DNA of 64,000 bases from Marinicella sp. Its GTDB lineage: Bacteria > Pseudomonadota > Gammaproteobacteria > Xanthomonadales > Marinicellaceae. The notes under the pieces were generated by a model, which was not told the DNA's origin, ran no database searches, and saw only the letters and a list, made by a program, of their open reading frames with translations. The stretch is taken from positions 2,976,001-3,040,000 of the forward strand of contig OZ246001.1 in NCBI GenBank assembly GCA_965230295.1, in the 5' to 3' direction. Positions 20,973-32,400 of the stretch are shown here, piece after piece. The position numbers and the translations under genes were made by a program. Numbering within the stretch: position 1 is the stretch's first letter; every line of letters starts with the position of its first letter.

Positions 20973-22912
20973 GACAGTTTCAATCGTTTTTGCATGACCT
21001 GGTCGACTTGTTTTTGTTCCAAGCGCTGACTGCGTTTACTGAACAAAGCAATGACTGCGCCAGCCATCATCATCAAGCCACCAAACCACATCCAGCGGAT
21101 AAAGGGTTTGATGTAAATCCTCACAGCCCAGTCGCCTTGTTCATTGATTTGCTCACCCAAAGAAACATAAATGTCTTTGGTGAAGCCTGGGTATATATCG
21201 GCTTCGGTCATGGGCATTTGTTGTTTGGGGTAAAAGCGTTTTTGTGGGTTCAATTCAACAATTTGCTTGCCTTTGTGACTGACCACGATGGCTCCTTGTT
21301 GGGCTTGGTAATTTTCAATGGCCACTTGTTTAACGCCGTTAAAGGTAAAATCATAACCTGCCACCTGAGTGGTTTGTCCTGGTTTAAGTAAAATGTCTTT
21401 TTCCACATCTTTGTGTTCGGTCATGGACATGCCAAATAAAAACACTGCAACCCCAAGGTGAGCGACACTCATACCGACAAATCCGGCATGGGGTCTTCCA
21501 GGATAATTGATGATTTGCATGACTGAAGTGGAAGCGATCCAAAAGCCACCGAACACACCGGCAGTCGCTCTTAAATTCAGGCCGTCAAACAACAAGTAAG
21601 CACCAATGGTCAGGGCAACAGCCACAAAAAAGTGTGGCATGAGTGCCTTGATGGCTTGACCCATTTGGTCTTTGTGCCACTTGAGTTGGGCCCCGAGTGG
21701 TAACAAAACTGCCATGGGTATCATCAACAAGAAGAACATCAAGCCAAAGTAGGGCGAGCCCACCGATATTTTTTTACCCATTGCCTCAAATATCATTGGG
21801 AACAGGGTACCTAACAAGATGGTGAAAGTGGATGTGATGAAAATCAGAGAATTGGCCAACAGCAGGGTTTCACGGGATTCGAGGTTGATCGCATCTCTTG
21901 AGCGCAATTGATTCACCCTCAAGGCATACAAGGTCAAAGCGCCACCGGCATAGATGCCCAACAACACTAAGATAAAGATGCCACGAAAAGGGTCGGCAGC
22001 AAAAGAATGCACCGAGGTAATGCTGCCAGAACGCACCAGGAATGTACCCAATACACACAAACTGAAGGCAATGATGGCCAGCAAAACGGTCCAACCCCTG
22101 AAAGCATTTTTGCGTTCACTCACGGCTTGCACATGAATCAATGCGATTCCTGCCAACCAGGGCAAGAAAGACGCATTTTCAACTGGATCCCAGAACCACC
22201 AGCCACCCCAGCCTAATTCATAGTAAGCCCACCAGCTGCCCAAAATGATGCCAACGGTCAGAAAGGCCCAGGCCAGATTGGTCCAGCGGCGTGACCAGCG
22301 AATCCATTTTTCATCAATTTGTCCACCGATCAAAGCCGCTACAGCCAATGCAAATGCCACAGACAAGCCAACGTAGCCAAAATACAACAAGGGCGGGTGG
22401 ATGATCATGCCGAAATCTTGTAACAGCGGATTCAAGTCACGGCCATCCAGTGGTGCAGGGTTGGTGATCTCAAATGGGTTTGAGGCAAACAAGACAAATG
22501 CCAAAAAGCCGGTTGCAATGACTCCCAGAACTGACAGCACACGGGATATTTGACTCAAGCTGAGTGATTGGCTGTATCTGGCTACGGCTGCAATCCATAA
22601 GGCTTGTACAGCCACCCACATCAACACAGAACCCTCGTGAGCTCCCCATGTGGCAGTGATGCGGTACCTTAAAGGCAAGGCCAGGCTGGAGTTTTGCCAG
22701 ACATAAGTGACCGAAAAATCTTGCATCACAAATAAGCTGACCAAGATTAAAAATGTGGTCAGTACCAATAAGAACAACAAATAGGATAAGGGCCGTCCAC
22801 TTTGCATCAGCGCTTGGTGATTTCTGAAGTAACCGATCATGGGCAGCAGCATCAATGCCACAGCGGTGGTGAGTGATAAAATCAATAAAAATTGACCAAC
22901 AGATGCAAGCAT
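20969..22912 (-). CDS. ccmF: Heme lyase subunit CcmF
   Basis: WGGWWFWDPVENAS, IHPP and SVHSFA motifs. Confidence 0.96.
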   Translation of the reverse strand: MLASVGQFLLILSLTTAVALMLLPMIGYFRNHQALMQSGRPLSYLLFLLVLTTFLILVSLFVMQDFSVTYVWQNSSLALPLRYRITATWGAHEGSVLMWVAVQALWIAAVARYSQSLSLSQISRVLSVLGVIATGFLAFVLFASNPFEITNPAPLDGRDLNPLLQDFGMIIHPPLLYFGYVGLSVAFALAVAALIGGQIDEKWIRWSRRWTNLAWAFLTVGIILGSWWAYYELGWGGWWFWDPVENASFLPWLAGIALIHVQAVSERKNAFRGWTVLLAIIAFSLCVLGTFLVRSGSITSVHSFAADPFRGIFILVLLGIYAGGALTLYALRVNQLRSRDAINLESRETLLLANSLIFITSTFTILLGTLFPMIFEAMGKKISVGSPYFGLMFFLLMIPMAVLLPLGAQLKWHKDQMGQAIKALMPHFFVAVALTIGAYLLFDGLNLRATAGVFGGFWIASTSVMQIINYPGRPHAGFVGMSVAHLGVAVFLFGMSMTEHKDVEKDILLKPGQTTQVAGYDFTFNGVKQVAIENYQAQQGAIVVSHKGKQIVELNPQKRFYPKQQMPMTEADIYPGFTKDIYVSLGEQINEQGDWAVRIYIKPFIRWMWFGGLMMMAGAVIALFSKRSQRLEQKQVDQVMQKRLKLS

Positions 22913-22914
22913 GG

Positions 22915-23361
22915 TTATTCAGACTCCGGAGATTCAGGTTTGGCGGCTTCTAAGGCATCAGCCACTTCAGGTGGCATGTAGTTTTCATCGTGTTTGGCGA
23001 GCACTTCCTCGGCGACAAACAAATCACCTTCGGTCATCTTGCCTATGGTCACCACACCTTGGCCTTCACGAAATAAATCTGGCAGAATGCCTTCATATTC
23101 AACCCGGACATCTTTGGCAAAATCTGTCACAGTGAATTGAATTTTCAGGCTGTCAGGAACCCGATCCATGCTGCCGTCTTTAACCATGCCGCCCAAACGG
23201 AAACTGCGATTAACTGGATAGTCTTTGGCTGCCACTTCTGTTGGACTTTTGAAGAACATGATGTTTTCTTTGAAAGCCGTGAGAAATATGGCTGTTGCCA
23301 CAGCCACACCCAAGGCCACCATGGATATCAATATCAATCTTTTTTTGCGGGTGGGGGTCAT
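22915..23361 (-). CDS. ccmE: Heme chaperone CcmE
   Basis: LPDLFREGQG and LAKHDENY motifs. Confidence 0.96.
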   Translation of the reverse strand: MTPTRKKRLILISMVALGVAVATAIFLTAFKENIMFFKSPTEVAAKDYPVNRSFRLGGMVKDGSMDRVPDSLKIQFTVTDFAKDVRVEYEGILPDLFREGQGVVTIGKMTEGDLFVAEEVLAKHDENYMPPEVADALEAAKPESPESE

Positions 23362-23561
23362 GTGAGATTACTCCGGTTATGTGCGGTTTGATTCTGTGCT
23401 TGGCGATTTTGTGCCTTTTTGGCTTTGGCCTGAATCAAACGCTTGAGTTGTTTTTGTTTGCTGTTGATGCTGATGAAGTCAATCAAGATGGCCAGAATGA
23501 ACACACCGATTGAGCCCCACACGTAGAAATCATATTTTCCCATGTCAAACAATTCCATCAT
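23358..23561 (-). CDS. ccmD: Heme exporter protein CcmD
   Basis: MGKYDFYVWGS, one TM helix and a basic tail; lies between ccmC and ccmE. Confidence 0.85.
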   Translation of the reverse strand: MMELFDMGKYDFYVWGSIGVFILAILIDFISINSKQKQLKRLIQAKAKKAQNRQAQNQTAHNRSNLT

Positions 23562-24334
23562 GCGACACCTCCCTTGCTGTGCTCTTTATGGATGGCTTGT
23601 TGCACCCATTTTTTGTTCTGTTCTGTTTTCAGTAAATAACTTTGAGCACGGCTTAACATGGAATAAATGAAATAGAATTTAGTGGCCAGGGCCATCACCA
23701 ACAAAGGCCTGAGCATGTCCCAATCCTTGATGCCATTAGAACCACCCATCAAAGAAACCGATGAACCTTGATGGATACTGGTCCACCAATAGACTGAATA
23801 CCTGATGATGGGCAGGTTAACCAGGCCAATGATGGCCACCAAAGCGGCCAGACGAGCCGCCTTACGCGGGTCCTCATCATAGGCGGTGTAGATACCCAAC
23901 ACCCCAATGTATAAGAACAACAAGATCAATTCTGAGGTCATGCGGGCATCCCAATCCCAATAAGTTCCCCACATGGGTTTACCCCACAACATACCAGTCA
24001 GTAACGTAACGGCAGTGAACAAAGCGCCGATAGGGACACTGGCCATCATCACAGCCTCAGCCACTTTCATGCGCCAGACAAAAGTCATGATGCCGGCAAT
24101 ACCGACAATGGCATAGATGAACATACTCATCCAAGCAGCAGGCACATGAACAAAAATGATGCGGTATGAATCTCCCTGTTGGTAATCCTCGGGGGCAAAG
24201 AACAAACCATCGACCAAGCCATAAATGGTTAATATGATGGCCAACCACAACATCGGCTTAAGCCAATGAGAGGTGATTCTATAGAAGCTGGGTGGTGATC
24301 CGCATTCATGGTAAAACTTGACGATTCGATTCAT
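23558..24334 (-). CDS. ccmC: Heme exporter protein CcmC
   Basis: HVPAAW and WGKPMWGTYWDWDARMTS (WWD domain). Confidence 0.95.
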   Translation of the reverse strand: MNRIVKFYHECGSPPSFYRITSHWLKPMLWLAIILTIYGLVDGLFFAPEDYQQGDSYRIIFVHVPAAWMSMFIYAIVGIAGIMTFVWRMKVAEAVMMASVPIGALFTAVTLLTGMLWGKPMWGTYWDWDARMTSELILLFLYIGVLGIYTAYDEDPRKAARLAALVAIIGLVNLPIIRYSVYWWTSIHQGSSVSLMGGSNGIKDWDMLRPLLVMALATKFYFIYSMLSRAQSYLLKTEQNKKWVQQAIHKEHSKGGVA

Positions 24335-24343
24335 ATCAATACG

Positions 24344-25006
24344 TTATTCTAAATTAATTTTTACGGCTGCTGCAGCTGCCAAGGGTGCCAAAGTCAGGCT
24401 CAGTACCATGCAACCCAGTAACAACATCATATGGCCAAAGGCTGAATTACCCAATGTGGTTTCAAGCACAGCGCCGGCACCAAAAATCAACACTGGAGCC
24501 AACAATGGCATCACCAAGACACTCAGAAGCATGCCACCATTTTTGATGTTCATGATCAGTGCCGATCCCACTGTACCCAGTAGGCTGAATATGGGGGTTG
24601 CCAACAACAAAGACAACATCAAAATGCCATTAGAATGGCCCGGCAAGTGCATCAAGACACCAATGACCGGGGCAAACAAGATCACCGGGATGCCGGTGGT
24701 GAACCAATGTGCAGATGCTTTGCTCAAACAAGCCAGTGGTAAACTCATGCCAGACAGCACATAAACATCCAAACTGCCATCCTCGTAATCATCTTTAAAG
24801 ATGTTTTCTAAGGTGATCAAAGTGCTCAGTAAGGCCAATATCCAAACCACAGCCGGAGCGATCTTTGCTAAAGTTTGGGCTCCGGCACCTAATCCCAGAG
24901 GGAACATGGTCACAATCAGCAACTGAAAAACCAGTGGTTGGTAGATGTTGGATTTCTTGCGCCAAGAAACCATGACATCGCGTTTGAACAGTGACCAGAA
25001 TCTCAT
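24344..25006 (-). CDS. ccmB: Heme exporter protein CcmB
   Basis: FKDDYEDGSLD and PVLIFG motifs. Confidence 0.93.
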   Translation of the reverse strand: MRFWSLFKRDVMVSWRKKSNIYQPLVFQLLIVTMFPLGLGAGAQTLAKIAPAVVWILALLSTLITLENIFKDDYEDGSLDVYVLSGMSLPLACLSKASAHWFTTGIPVILFAPVIGVLMHLPGHSNGILMLSLLLATPIFSLLGTVGSALIMNIKNGGMLLSVLVMPLLAPVLIFGAGAVLETTLGNSAFGHMMLLLGCMVLSLTLAPLAAAAAVKINLE

Positions 25007-25019
25007 GCCAGCTCCAGGC

Positions 25020-25643
25020 TCATGTCATTTCCAGAGTGATGTGGTGGTCGGCCAGGTCATGTATTTTTTTCTGGTCATGGGCACTCAGTATCACTGCGCC
25101 ACATTGTTGGATGTGATCTTCGATGAGTCGATACAACCAATCACAACCTGCATGGTCTAAATTAACAAAGGGTTCGTCCAACAACCAAAATGTTTTATTC
25201 AGTAACAACAAACGACTCAAAGCCAAGCGTTTTTTTTGTCCTGCCGACAAGTCACTGGCATGTTGGAATTCATAGCCAGCCAATCCGGCTCGGTTCAACA
25301 CATGTTCAATTTGCTCATGGGTGGTGGTGATTTGATTGACATGGGCCACAAATTGTAGGTTTTCTGCACAGGTTAAATTGCCTTTGTTGCCTAACTTGTG
25401 TCCCAGGTAATGGCTTTGATTCAGCCATGGCTCCAAGGCTGTGCTTTGTTCAAAAAGACGCTCACCTTGGGCCAACATACTCAAACCAGCTAAGGCTTCT
25501 AACAAGGTGGTTTTTCCTGAACCATTGGGACCAGCAATGACCGCCATTTCTCCAGGTTGCAGGGAAAATGTAACAGGGGTAAATAATAACTCGCCAGCTC
25601 TTTGGCATTGGGCCTGATCAATTTGTAACAAAGCAGTGGTCAA
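25020..25643 (-). CDS. ccmA: Heme ABC exporter ATP-binding protein CcmA
   Basis: GPNGSGKT, LSAGQKKR and LLDEP motifs; first gene of the operon. Confidence 0.93.
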   Translation of the reverse strand: MTTALLQIDQAQCQRAGELLFTPVTFSLQPGEMAVIAGPNGSGKTTLLEALAGLSMLAQGERLFEQSTALEPWLNQSHYLGHKLGNKGNLTCAENLQFVAHVNQITTTHEQIEHVLNRAGLAGYEFQHASDLSAGQKKRLALSRLLLLNKTFWLLDEPFVNLDHAGCDWLYRLIEDHIQQCGAVILSAHDQKKIHDLADHHITLEMT

Positions 25644-25976
25644 AGGTATGAAAGCTGGGCAGTTTTTGGAGCTGTAATTTTAGTTTCACAGGTGTGAAAA
25701 GTAAAGCAAACTCAAGCTTTGGAGCTGATTTAATGGCCTTGTTTTGATTTGCATCAAGCTTCATTGATGCTGTTGAGCCGTCAGAGTAGCCGCATGTATT
25801 TCTTGAACTTCATGTACTGAAAAATACAAAAAAGCCAAATGGTTTACCATTCATCAAGATTATCCACCCGTTTGTCAGAATGTGCGAATAAAGTTGGTTT
25901 TTCGCTCAACATTCAGATCTTTATGAATTATATTGTTGCCCCATAATAATAATGAAAAATAAACTCAGAGGGTAAC

Positions 25977-26192
25977 ATGAAAAATACAGTGCTAACACCG
26001 GTGGCTGAACAACCGAGCATCCAACAACAGAAGCAACAAATCAGAGCAGAAATCAAATCGCTGCAACGTGATTTGATCAAGGCATCATTCAAACAGTCCA
26101 GCGAACCTGGTGCCTATGCAGAACTGTTACAAGCCATCAATGACCAAAGAGAAAAGCTGAAAACATTGAATCAACAAGGTTTGATCAACTGA
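25977..26192 (+). CDS. Small hypothetical helical/coiled-coil protein
   Basis: 71 aa, good RBS (AGAGGG) upstream, amphipathic helical pattern. Confidence 0.55.
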   Translation: MKNTVLTPVAEQPSIQQQKQQIRAEIKSLQRDLIKASFKQSSEPGAYAELLQAINDQREKLKTLNQQGLIN

Positions 26193-26413
26193 TTTCCGTT
26201 CTGGAAAATTTCCAGTGTCATTGAATGGTATCCAGTCCTGGCTGATTGATCAGCCAATGGCGTCATTTGCCTCTGAAAAAAACCAGACGCCATTTTAAGA
26301 AATTACCATTATTTTCTCCTTTGCTATGAAGTTTTTATTGTTTATGATGAGTTGTTGAAGGCCATCCGAAGTTTTTCAGGTGGTGTAGATTGATCAAAAT
26401 AATGGAAATTTGA

Positions 26414-26986
26414 ATGAGTGCATTGAGTTTTAGATATTGTGTAGTTGTCAGTTTACTTTTTTTTCCTTTGATCGCCCTGGCTCAAGTTGACAGTCGAGAA
26501 ATTGCCCGTTATGCCGCAGTTGTTCCTGTCATCGTGATTGTGATTTGGTTGATAAAAAGTATCTTTTTTAAGGGCAAAACAATGGGTATGGGTGTTCCAG
26601 TTGCAGTGATTGTCTTGTTTGGAGCCGGTGTGGGTGCTGCTGTTTTTTACAGTAAAAAGGACCCCATGCATGCCAAAATGAAATCGGTGGTGGCTGAAAT
26701 CAATGCCATGTCACCCTCTTTGGTTGACGAAGAAACCCGCTTAGATGGTGGTATGTACAAAGCACCGGTGTTGACCATCAGATACACCTTGGTCAACATA
26801 GAGCCCAATGAAGTCACGGCACAAGACTTGGTCGATCAATTGTATTTGGTGGTCAAAGAACAAACCTGCAGCAAGAATGACCTGGTTTATGCCTTGGACA
26901 ATGGCATTGAAATCAATTATTCATACGCCGATAAACATGGTAACCACATCACAGTGATTGATTTCAATAAATTGTCTTGTGGTTGA
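26414..26986 (+). CDS. Hypothetical membrane protein
   Basis: N-terminal hydrophobic segments followed by a soluble domain (PSLVDEETRLD). Confidence 0.7.
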   Translation: MSALSFRYCVVVSLLFFPLIALAQVDSREIARYAAVVPVIVIVIWLIKSIFFKGKTMGMGVPVAVIVLFGAGVGAAVFYSKKDPMHAKMKSVVAEINAMSPSLVDEETRLDGGMYKAPVLTIRYTLVNIEPNEVTAQDLVDQLYLVVKEQTCSKNDLVYALDNGIEINYSYADKHGNHITVIDFNKLSCG

Positions 26987-27033
26987 GTGTATCAAGTGAA
27001 ATTTCAGTTTTGGTTTTTTTCTAAGGCGATCTA

Positions 27034-27726
27034 ATGAGTAGCTATCGAAATGTGGTCGTTCTAACAGGTGCGGGTATTTCAGCAGAATCAGGCTTGTCCA
27101 CCTTCAGAGACAACAATGGATTGTGGGATAACCACCGGGTCGAAGATGTGGCCACTCCTGAGGCTTTTGATCGAGATCCAGCCTTGGTGCATCGGTTTTA
27201 CAATGCTCGTCGAGCAGCACTGAACACAGTGCTGCCCAATGCCGCCCATCATGCTTTAGCAATTGCGGAACAACAGTTTGAGTCATTCTTGTTGGTGACC
27301 CAGAATGTGGATGACCTGCATGAAAGAGGGGGCAGTAAAAACTTGCTGCACATGCATGGGGAACTGTTGAAAATTCGCTGTGTACAGTGTCATCAAATTT
27401 CTAGTCATGACCAAGACCTCACAACTGCTTCTGTTTGTCAACATTGTAATCGCTCTGGTACAGTCAGGCCGCACATTGTGTGGTTTGGAGAAATGCCTTT
27501 GTATATGGATGACATCATGCGGGCCTTGATGCAATGTGATTTGTTTGTGTCCATTGGCACGTCTGGTACGGTCTACCCAGCAGCAGGTTTTGTTGAAATT
27601 GCCAACCAGTCCGGGGCTCACACAGTTGAACTGAATTTAGAGCCCAGTGATCAACATTCACAATTCAAAGAATCGAGGCAAGGCCCCGCCGGTGAATTGG
27701 TGCCACAGTTCTTCAGTCAAACATAA
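27034..27726 (+). CDS. cobB: NAD-dependent protein deacylase (sirtuin)
   Basis: [23 protein letters not shown], CxxC...Cxx[10 protein letters not shown] and GTSG motifs. Confidence 0.93.
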   Translation: MSSYRNVVVLTGAGISAESGLSTFRDNNGLWDNHRVEDVATPEAFDRDPALVHRFYNARRAALNTVLPNAAHHALAIAEQQFESFLLVTQNVDDLHERGGSKNLLHMHGELLKIRCVQCHQISSHDQDLTTASVCQHCNRSGTVRPHIVWFGEMPLYMDDIMRALMQCDLFVSIGTSGTVYPAAGFVEIANQSGAHTVELNLEPSDQHSQFKESRQGPAGELVPQFFSQT

Positions 27727-27782
27727 CTTCACTGCTCAGGTGTTGAGTTGATTTTCATCTTACGAACCTAATGCTTACCGTC

Positions 27783-27805
27783 ATTACCCGGCTTGACCGG
27801 GTAAT
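27783..27805. repeat. Short palindrome (REP-like hairpin)
   Basis: ATTACCCGG-CTTGA-CCGGGTAAT, a perfect 9-bp stem. Confidence 0.5.
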
Positions 27806-28092
27806 CCACAGTGAAACAGTTTCAAACAAAGTTTGAAAATTCGCAGGGTCATGATATTTGCCCATTACTTTGTTCCTCTTGCAATAAGTAGAAACCTACA
27901 GCTATTTAATAATTCAGTGAGAGAACTGAGCACTTCACTACACCCAAATAACTTAGCCGTGAAATATTTCGAGCAGACAAAAAGTTGAAAATGTTATATT
28001 ATGTTAAAACACGGCTGTAGTTATTTGTAGAAAGGAATTGTTAATTCAATATAATTTTATGGTTAATAATCAAATAAAAATGATCGGGGTGT

Positions 28093-28827
28093 GTGTTGTC
28101 AAATACAGAAAATGAATTTGAAAGCTTAACAAAAAAAGCCGGCAATTTAGCCCGTGGCATCATATCAGGAGATAAATTTTCAGGTGAAGAATTTGTCAAT
28201 TTACATTACCGCTGGTTGTTGTTTATTGTCAGGAAAAAATTCTCGCGCGTTTCCAGCCACGAAGACATTGTCCAGGATTCTTTTATGGTCGTAATTTCAA
28301 AATTACAACAAGGGCAGGTCAACAACCCTGACACCATCAGGGCTTTCCTCAGAACCACCGCCATCAATATAGGATATGAGTACCTGCGCAAAGACAAAAA
28401 GTACATCTCAGCGGTCGACCAGGAAAGTCTGGACATTTTCGAAGATGCCAAATCAGATGTGTTGTCCAATCTGGAATGGCATGATGGCATCAAGTTTGTG
28501 AAAAAAATCATGGAAGAATTGCCCACAGATCGTGACCGCAGTATCCTCACCCAATTCTACTTTGAGGACAAAGACAAAACCGAAATTTGTGATGACCTGG
28601 ATCTTTCGAGTGCACATTTCGATCGCGTACTTTACCGCGCCAAACACCGGCTGAAGGATTTGATCAGCAGACACAATGACCATGACAACCGGCAAGGACC
28701 TAAAGCCATCGAATCAGAGCAGGACAAGAACACCTCAACCAAACACAAAACACAAAAATGGGTCTCAAAACTCATCCACCCATTGATGTCTTTGTTCACC
28801 AATCGCTGGAGGGCTTTGGCTGTATGA
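28093..28827 (+). CDS. ECF-type RNA polymerase sigma factor with C-terminal extension
   Basis: Region 2 EDIVQDSF...AFLRTTAIN; region 4 LPTDRDRSIL...EICDDL...VLYRAKHRLK. Confidence 0.88.
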   Translation: MLSNTENEFESLTKKAGNLARGIISGDKFSGEEFVNLHYRWLLFIVRKKFSRVSSHEDIVQDSFMVVISKLQQGQVNNPDTIRAFLRTTAINIGYEYLRKDKKYISAVDQESLDIFEDAKSDVLSNLEWHDGIKFVKKIMEELPTDRDRSILTQFYFEDKDKTEICDDLDLSSAHFDRVLYRAKHRLKDLISRHNDHDNRQGPKAIESEQDKNTSTKHKTQKWVSKLIHPLMSLFTNRWRALAV

Positions 28828-29462
28828 ATACATTCAAACCAGACGACACCATGCTCCACAACTACCTCCAAAACAAACTCACCCCCACCGAAGAAGAACA
28901 ACTCGAACTGTGGCTCGCCGACCATCCGGAGGTCCTCGAAGATTTGGAGTTGGATTTGGTGATGAAGGAGGGGGTTAAATCAAAGGAAAGAAAAAAACTA
29001 TCCAATAATCGACAGCATAGAACAACGGGGTATGACTCAAGTTTCTCAAAGCTAAATTATTTTGTTGTTGGCGGTTTGTTCGCATTTTCATTAATGTTGT
29101 TTGTTTTTGGTGTTGGTCAATCTGATCATGGGGAAGGAAACTTTCAAATATTATCACTAAGCCCTTTACGTGGGGGTGATTCAAAAGAGTTTAGTCCTAT
29201 TAAAACGATTAAGCTTAACCGAGAATCAAACCAGCTAATACTGGTAGTACAACTGAACTTTCCAGATAAGGGGCCTTTTCAAATCGAGTTGAAAAACCAT
29301 AAATCCAATAAAATTCATTTTAAAATGGATGCTTTAATTCCTCAAGGTCTGGGTGATTTAAACATCAGTGTTCCCACCAAAAGCTTAGCTGAAGGAAATT
29401 TTTGGTTGATTGTGAAACACAATGAAAGACAAATAGAAAAGCTGCCATTCTCAGTTCAATAA
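28824..29462 (+). CDS. Probable single-pass anti-sigma factor
   Basis: ATGA overlap with the sigma stop. N-terminal 'LHNYLQNKLTPTEEEQLELWL' anti-sigma-domain pattern, one TM helix and a beta-rich exterior domain. Confidence 0.75.
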   Translation: MNTFKPDDTMLHNYLQNKLTPTEEEQLELWLADHPEVLEDLELDLVMKEGVKSKERKKLSNNRQHRTTGYDSSFSKLNYFVVGGLFAFSLMLFVFGVGQSDHGEGNFQILSLSPLRGGDSKEFSPIKTIKLNRESNQLILVVQLNFPDKGPFQIELKNHKSNKIHFKMDALIPQGLGDLNISVPTKSLAEGNFWLIVKHNERQIEKLPFSVQ

Positions 29463-32400
29463 TGAATACCAGAGCGGTTATACTGATACTATTCATTTTC
29501 ATGAATTCAGGTTATGGTTCAACTGAGTTTGAATGGAGAACAATTGCTCAATCTTCAATAAACATCCAAAGTGGTCATACACATTTAGCTCACAATATGA
29601 GGTTAGTGCCGGGTGTCTATGTTTTTACTGCGCATCAAAATAATCTAGATATCATTTTAACTCTAGAAAAACCTAGTTCTGCTATGGTCAGTGTGAATAG
29701 TTTTATTGAAAGGAATATGCCTGAAGAACTCTTTTTTGAAGTAAAAAACAATGGCCACTTCAGTTTTTATATTGGAGCTTATAACCAAAGCAATTTATCT
29801 AGTGATGTATCTTTTTCTATTAAACAGTCAGTAAGTAATCAAAATCTGCAAAAATATACGCAAGCATTGTTACTCCAAACCAAAGGAAGTCTTTCAGATA
29901 TTCGTGGAGATTTATTTTCGCTAGACAAAGCATTCGAATATTTATCACAAGCCAATGGTATATGGGAGTTGTTAGATGACAGAGAACAAATGGCTAAACT
30001 TAATTATATGATAGGTTTAGTTGCATATGAATCATTCATGTGGGATGCATCAGAAAATTTTTTAAAGGGAGCTATTCGGTACTACCAAAGAACAAATCAA
30101 CAAGTATATGGCTCGGTGGCCAATCATTTAGGGGCTGCATTGTTAGAAAAAAAAGCATACAGTGAAGCTCTGGATTATCTTAATAAAGCAATAGAATTAC
30201 AAAGGGGCAATAATTATCAATATGATCTTGGTGTGAGTTTAAATAACAAAGGTTTGTATTACCTATATCAGGGTAAGAATAATGAATCAGGCAAACTGTT
30301 CATGCAAGCAGCCCAAATCTTTGAAAATAATAACGTGTTATATAAACAAGCCATGAGTATTGGTAATTATGCAGTTACAGAGTTGTATCAAGGCAGATAC
30401 TTCAACGCAATCGAGTTAACAAAACAGTGTCTTACTTTGTTGGATCAAGATTTACCCAAGATTCGTGCAGCTTATTTAACTAATTTAGCACTGGCACAAG
30501 AAAAAATAGGAGATATACAGAATGCATTATTAAGTCTTAACCAAGCAAAAGAACTTCAAGAGGCGCATGCTGACACATCAGGATTGGTATGGACTTTAAC
30601 TGGTATGGCGGACTTAGCAAGAAAGATTCTTCAGTTTGATATTGCTATTAACTATCAGAATAAAGCCGTGGAATTGGCAAGGGTTCAAAATGAACATGGT
30701 TCGCTGATAGGCGGGTTATTAAACTTAGCTCAAGATCATATCCAATTAAGTACACTTCAAAAGAATCCCAAGTTAGTTGATACAGCCATTCTTATCTTTG
30801 ATGAGGCCATGTCAATTGCAAAAAGTGATGTCCATAAGGCCAAAAGCCACCTTGGTTTAGCTCGGGCAAAATATGCAAATAAAGACTTTATTGGTGCTGA
30901 AAAATCTATTGATATGGCGTTGTCTGCAATCAATAATCTCGATAATCCCGATGTTGCATTGTTGGCTTCAATGTATTTAGAAAAAGTGAATATACTACCT
31001 GATAGAGAGTTATTCAAAAAGATTGATCTCCTCAATCAAGCCAAACTGATATTGAAGGAAACTGGTAATAACAAACTTTTGTTCATGACCTATTTTAGTT
31101 TGGCCAAAGCATATCTTCAGTCTGTAGAGTTAGAAAAAGCAAATAGTAACAGCATCAAATCTCTTGAATTGTTTTTATCACATAGAGACAGGGTCGGTAA
31201 CCCGTGGTTGCGTAACAATTTATCTAAATGGTACCATCAGTTGGTTGAAATCAGATTGTTGATTCTTGAAGGCTTGGGTGATAAAGGTGCTGTTGAAGAA
31301 AGCCTTGCCTTAGTTGATTCGTTAAAAGCTATTTCATTACGAGAGCAAATTGCAGAGTCAAAGGTGAATTTGTTTAAAAATCTCAATGACGATGAAACTG
31401 ATTTATGGCAAGAGACACAAGAAAATTTAATGGCTTCATTAAAGAAAGCGGATGATCTAAAACAACAAAAAGCGAATATTACTGATATCAACAGTGCATA
31501 TGTAGATATTCATAAAGCACGATTTGAACTTGAAACTGCTAGAGCACAACTCAGTATAGAAAACCCAATATTGGCTGAATTTATTTACCCCCAAGGGGTT
31601 AATTTATCAGATTATCAACGTTGGCTCAAACATCAAAATGACCAATATCAAACGACTTCAGTCATAATAAATTACTTCATTGGAGATGAGAAAAGTTTTG
31701 CTTGGGTGATAAGTGCAGAAGGGGTTGTACAATGGTCACTTCCATCCAGGAAGTCTCTCAATGAAATTCTGTCGTCATTTAAAGATTCCATGGTCTCCGG
31801 TTCTACTACCCTAACAGAGTCATTGTACAAGCTAAGTTCATTACTACTCCCAGAAGACCTCCCTGTGAATGGTCATGTTTATATCGTTCCAGATGGTCAG
31901 TTAAATACCTTCCCGTTTTCATTATTGGTTGTAGAAGAAGGGGAGGGGAAACAATTCTTAGTCGAACAAAATCAACTAATTATGGCCCCTTCATCATCTT
32001 TGTTACTTAGAAATGAGGTCACAAAAAACGATAGAAAAGGGCCTAATAAAAATCGATTATTGCTGGTGTCTGGAAATATTCCTGGCTACGACTTGACTTA
32101 CACAGATACAGAAATTAGCAGAATAGCAGATGCATGGAAGGGCAGCACTGACATACTAAAACAAGAACAAAACGCCTTAGATGAATTTATATCACTTGAA
32201 TTAGAACAATTTGATTATCTGCATTTTGCCACTCATGGAAAAGTGGATGAAGTGGTTTCTGATGCAAATGGATTGGCATTCAATAATGGTATGAATTCAA
32301 TTGAATATTTGAATTTAGCAAGAATTTATCAACTGAAATTATCCAGTAAATTAGTGACTTTAAGCGCATGTAACTCAGGACAAGGAATACATGTTTTCGG

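Noticed and set aside
27034-27726. Sirtuin as an anti-phage SIR2 (Thoeris/DSR) effector beside the island
   Set aside because: It has full canonical CobB motifs, normal length and host-like composition, so it is a housekeeping deacylase.
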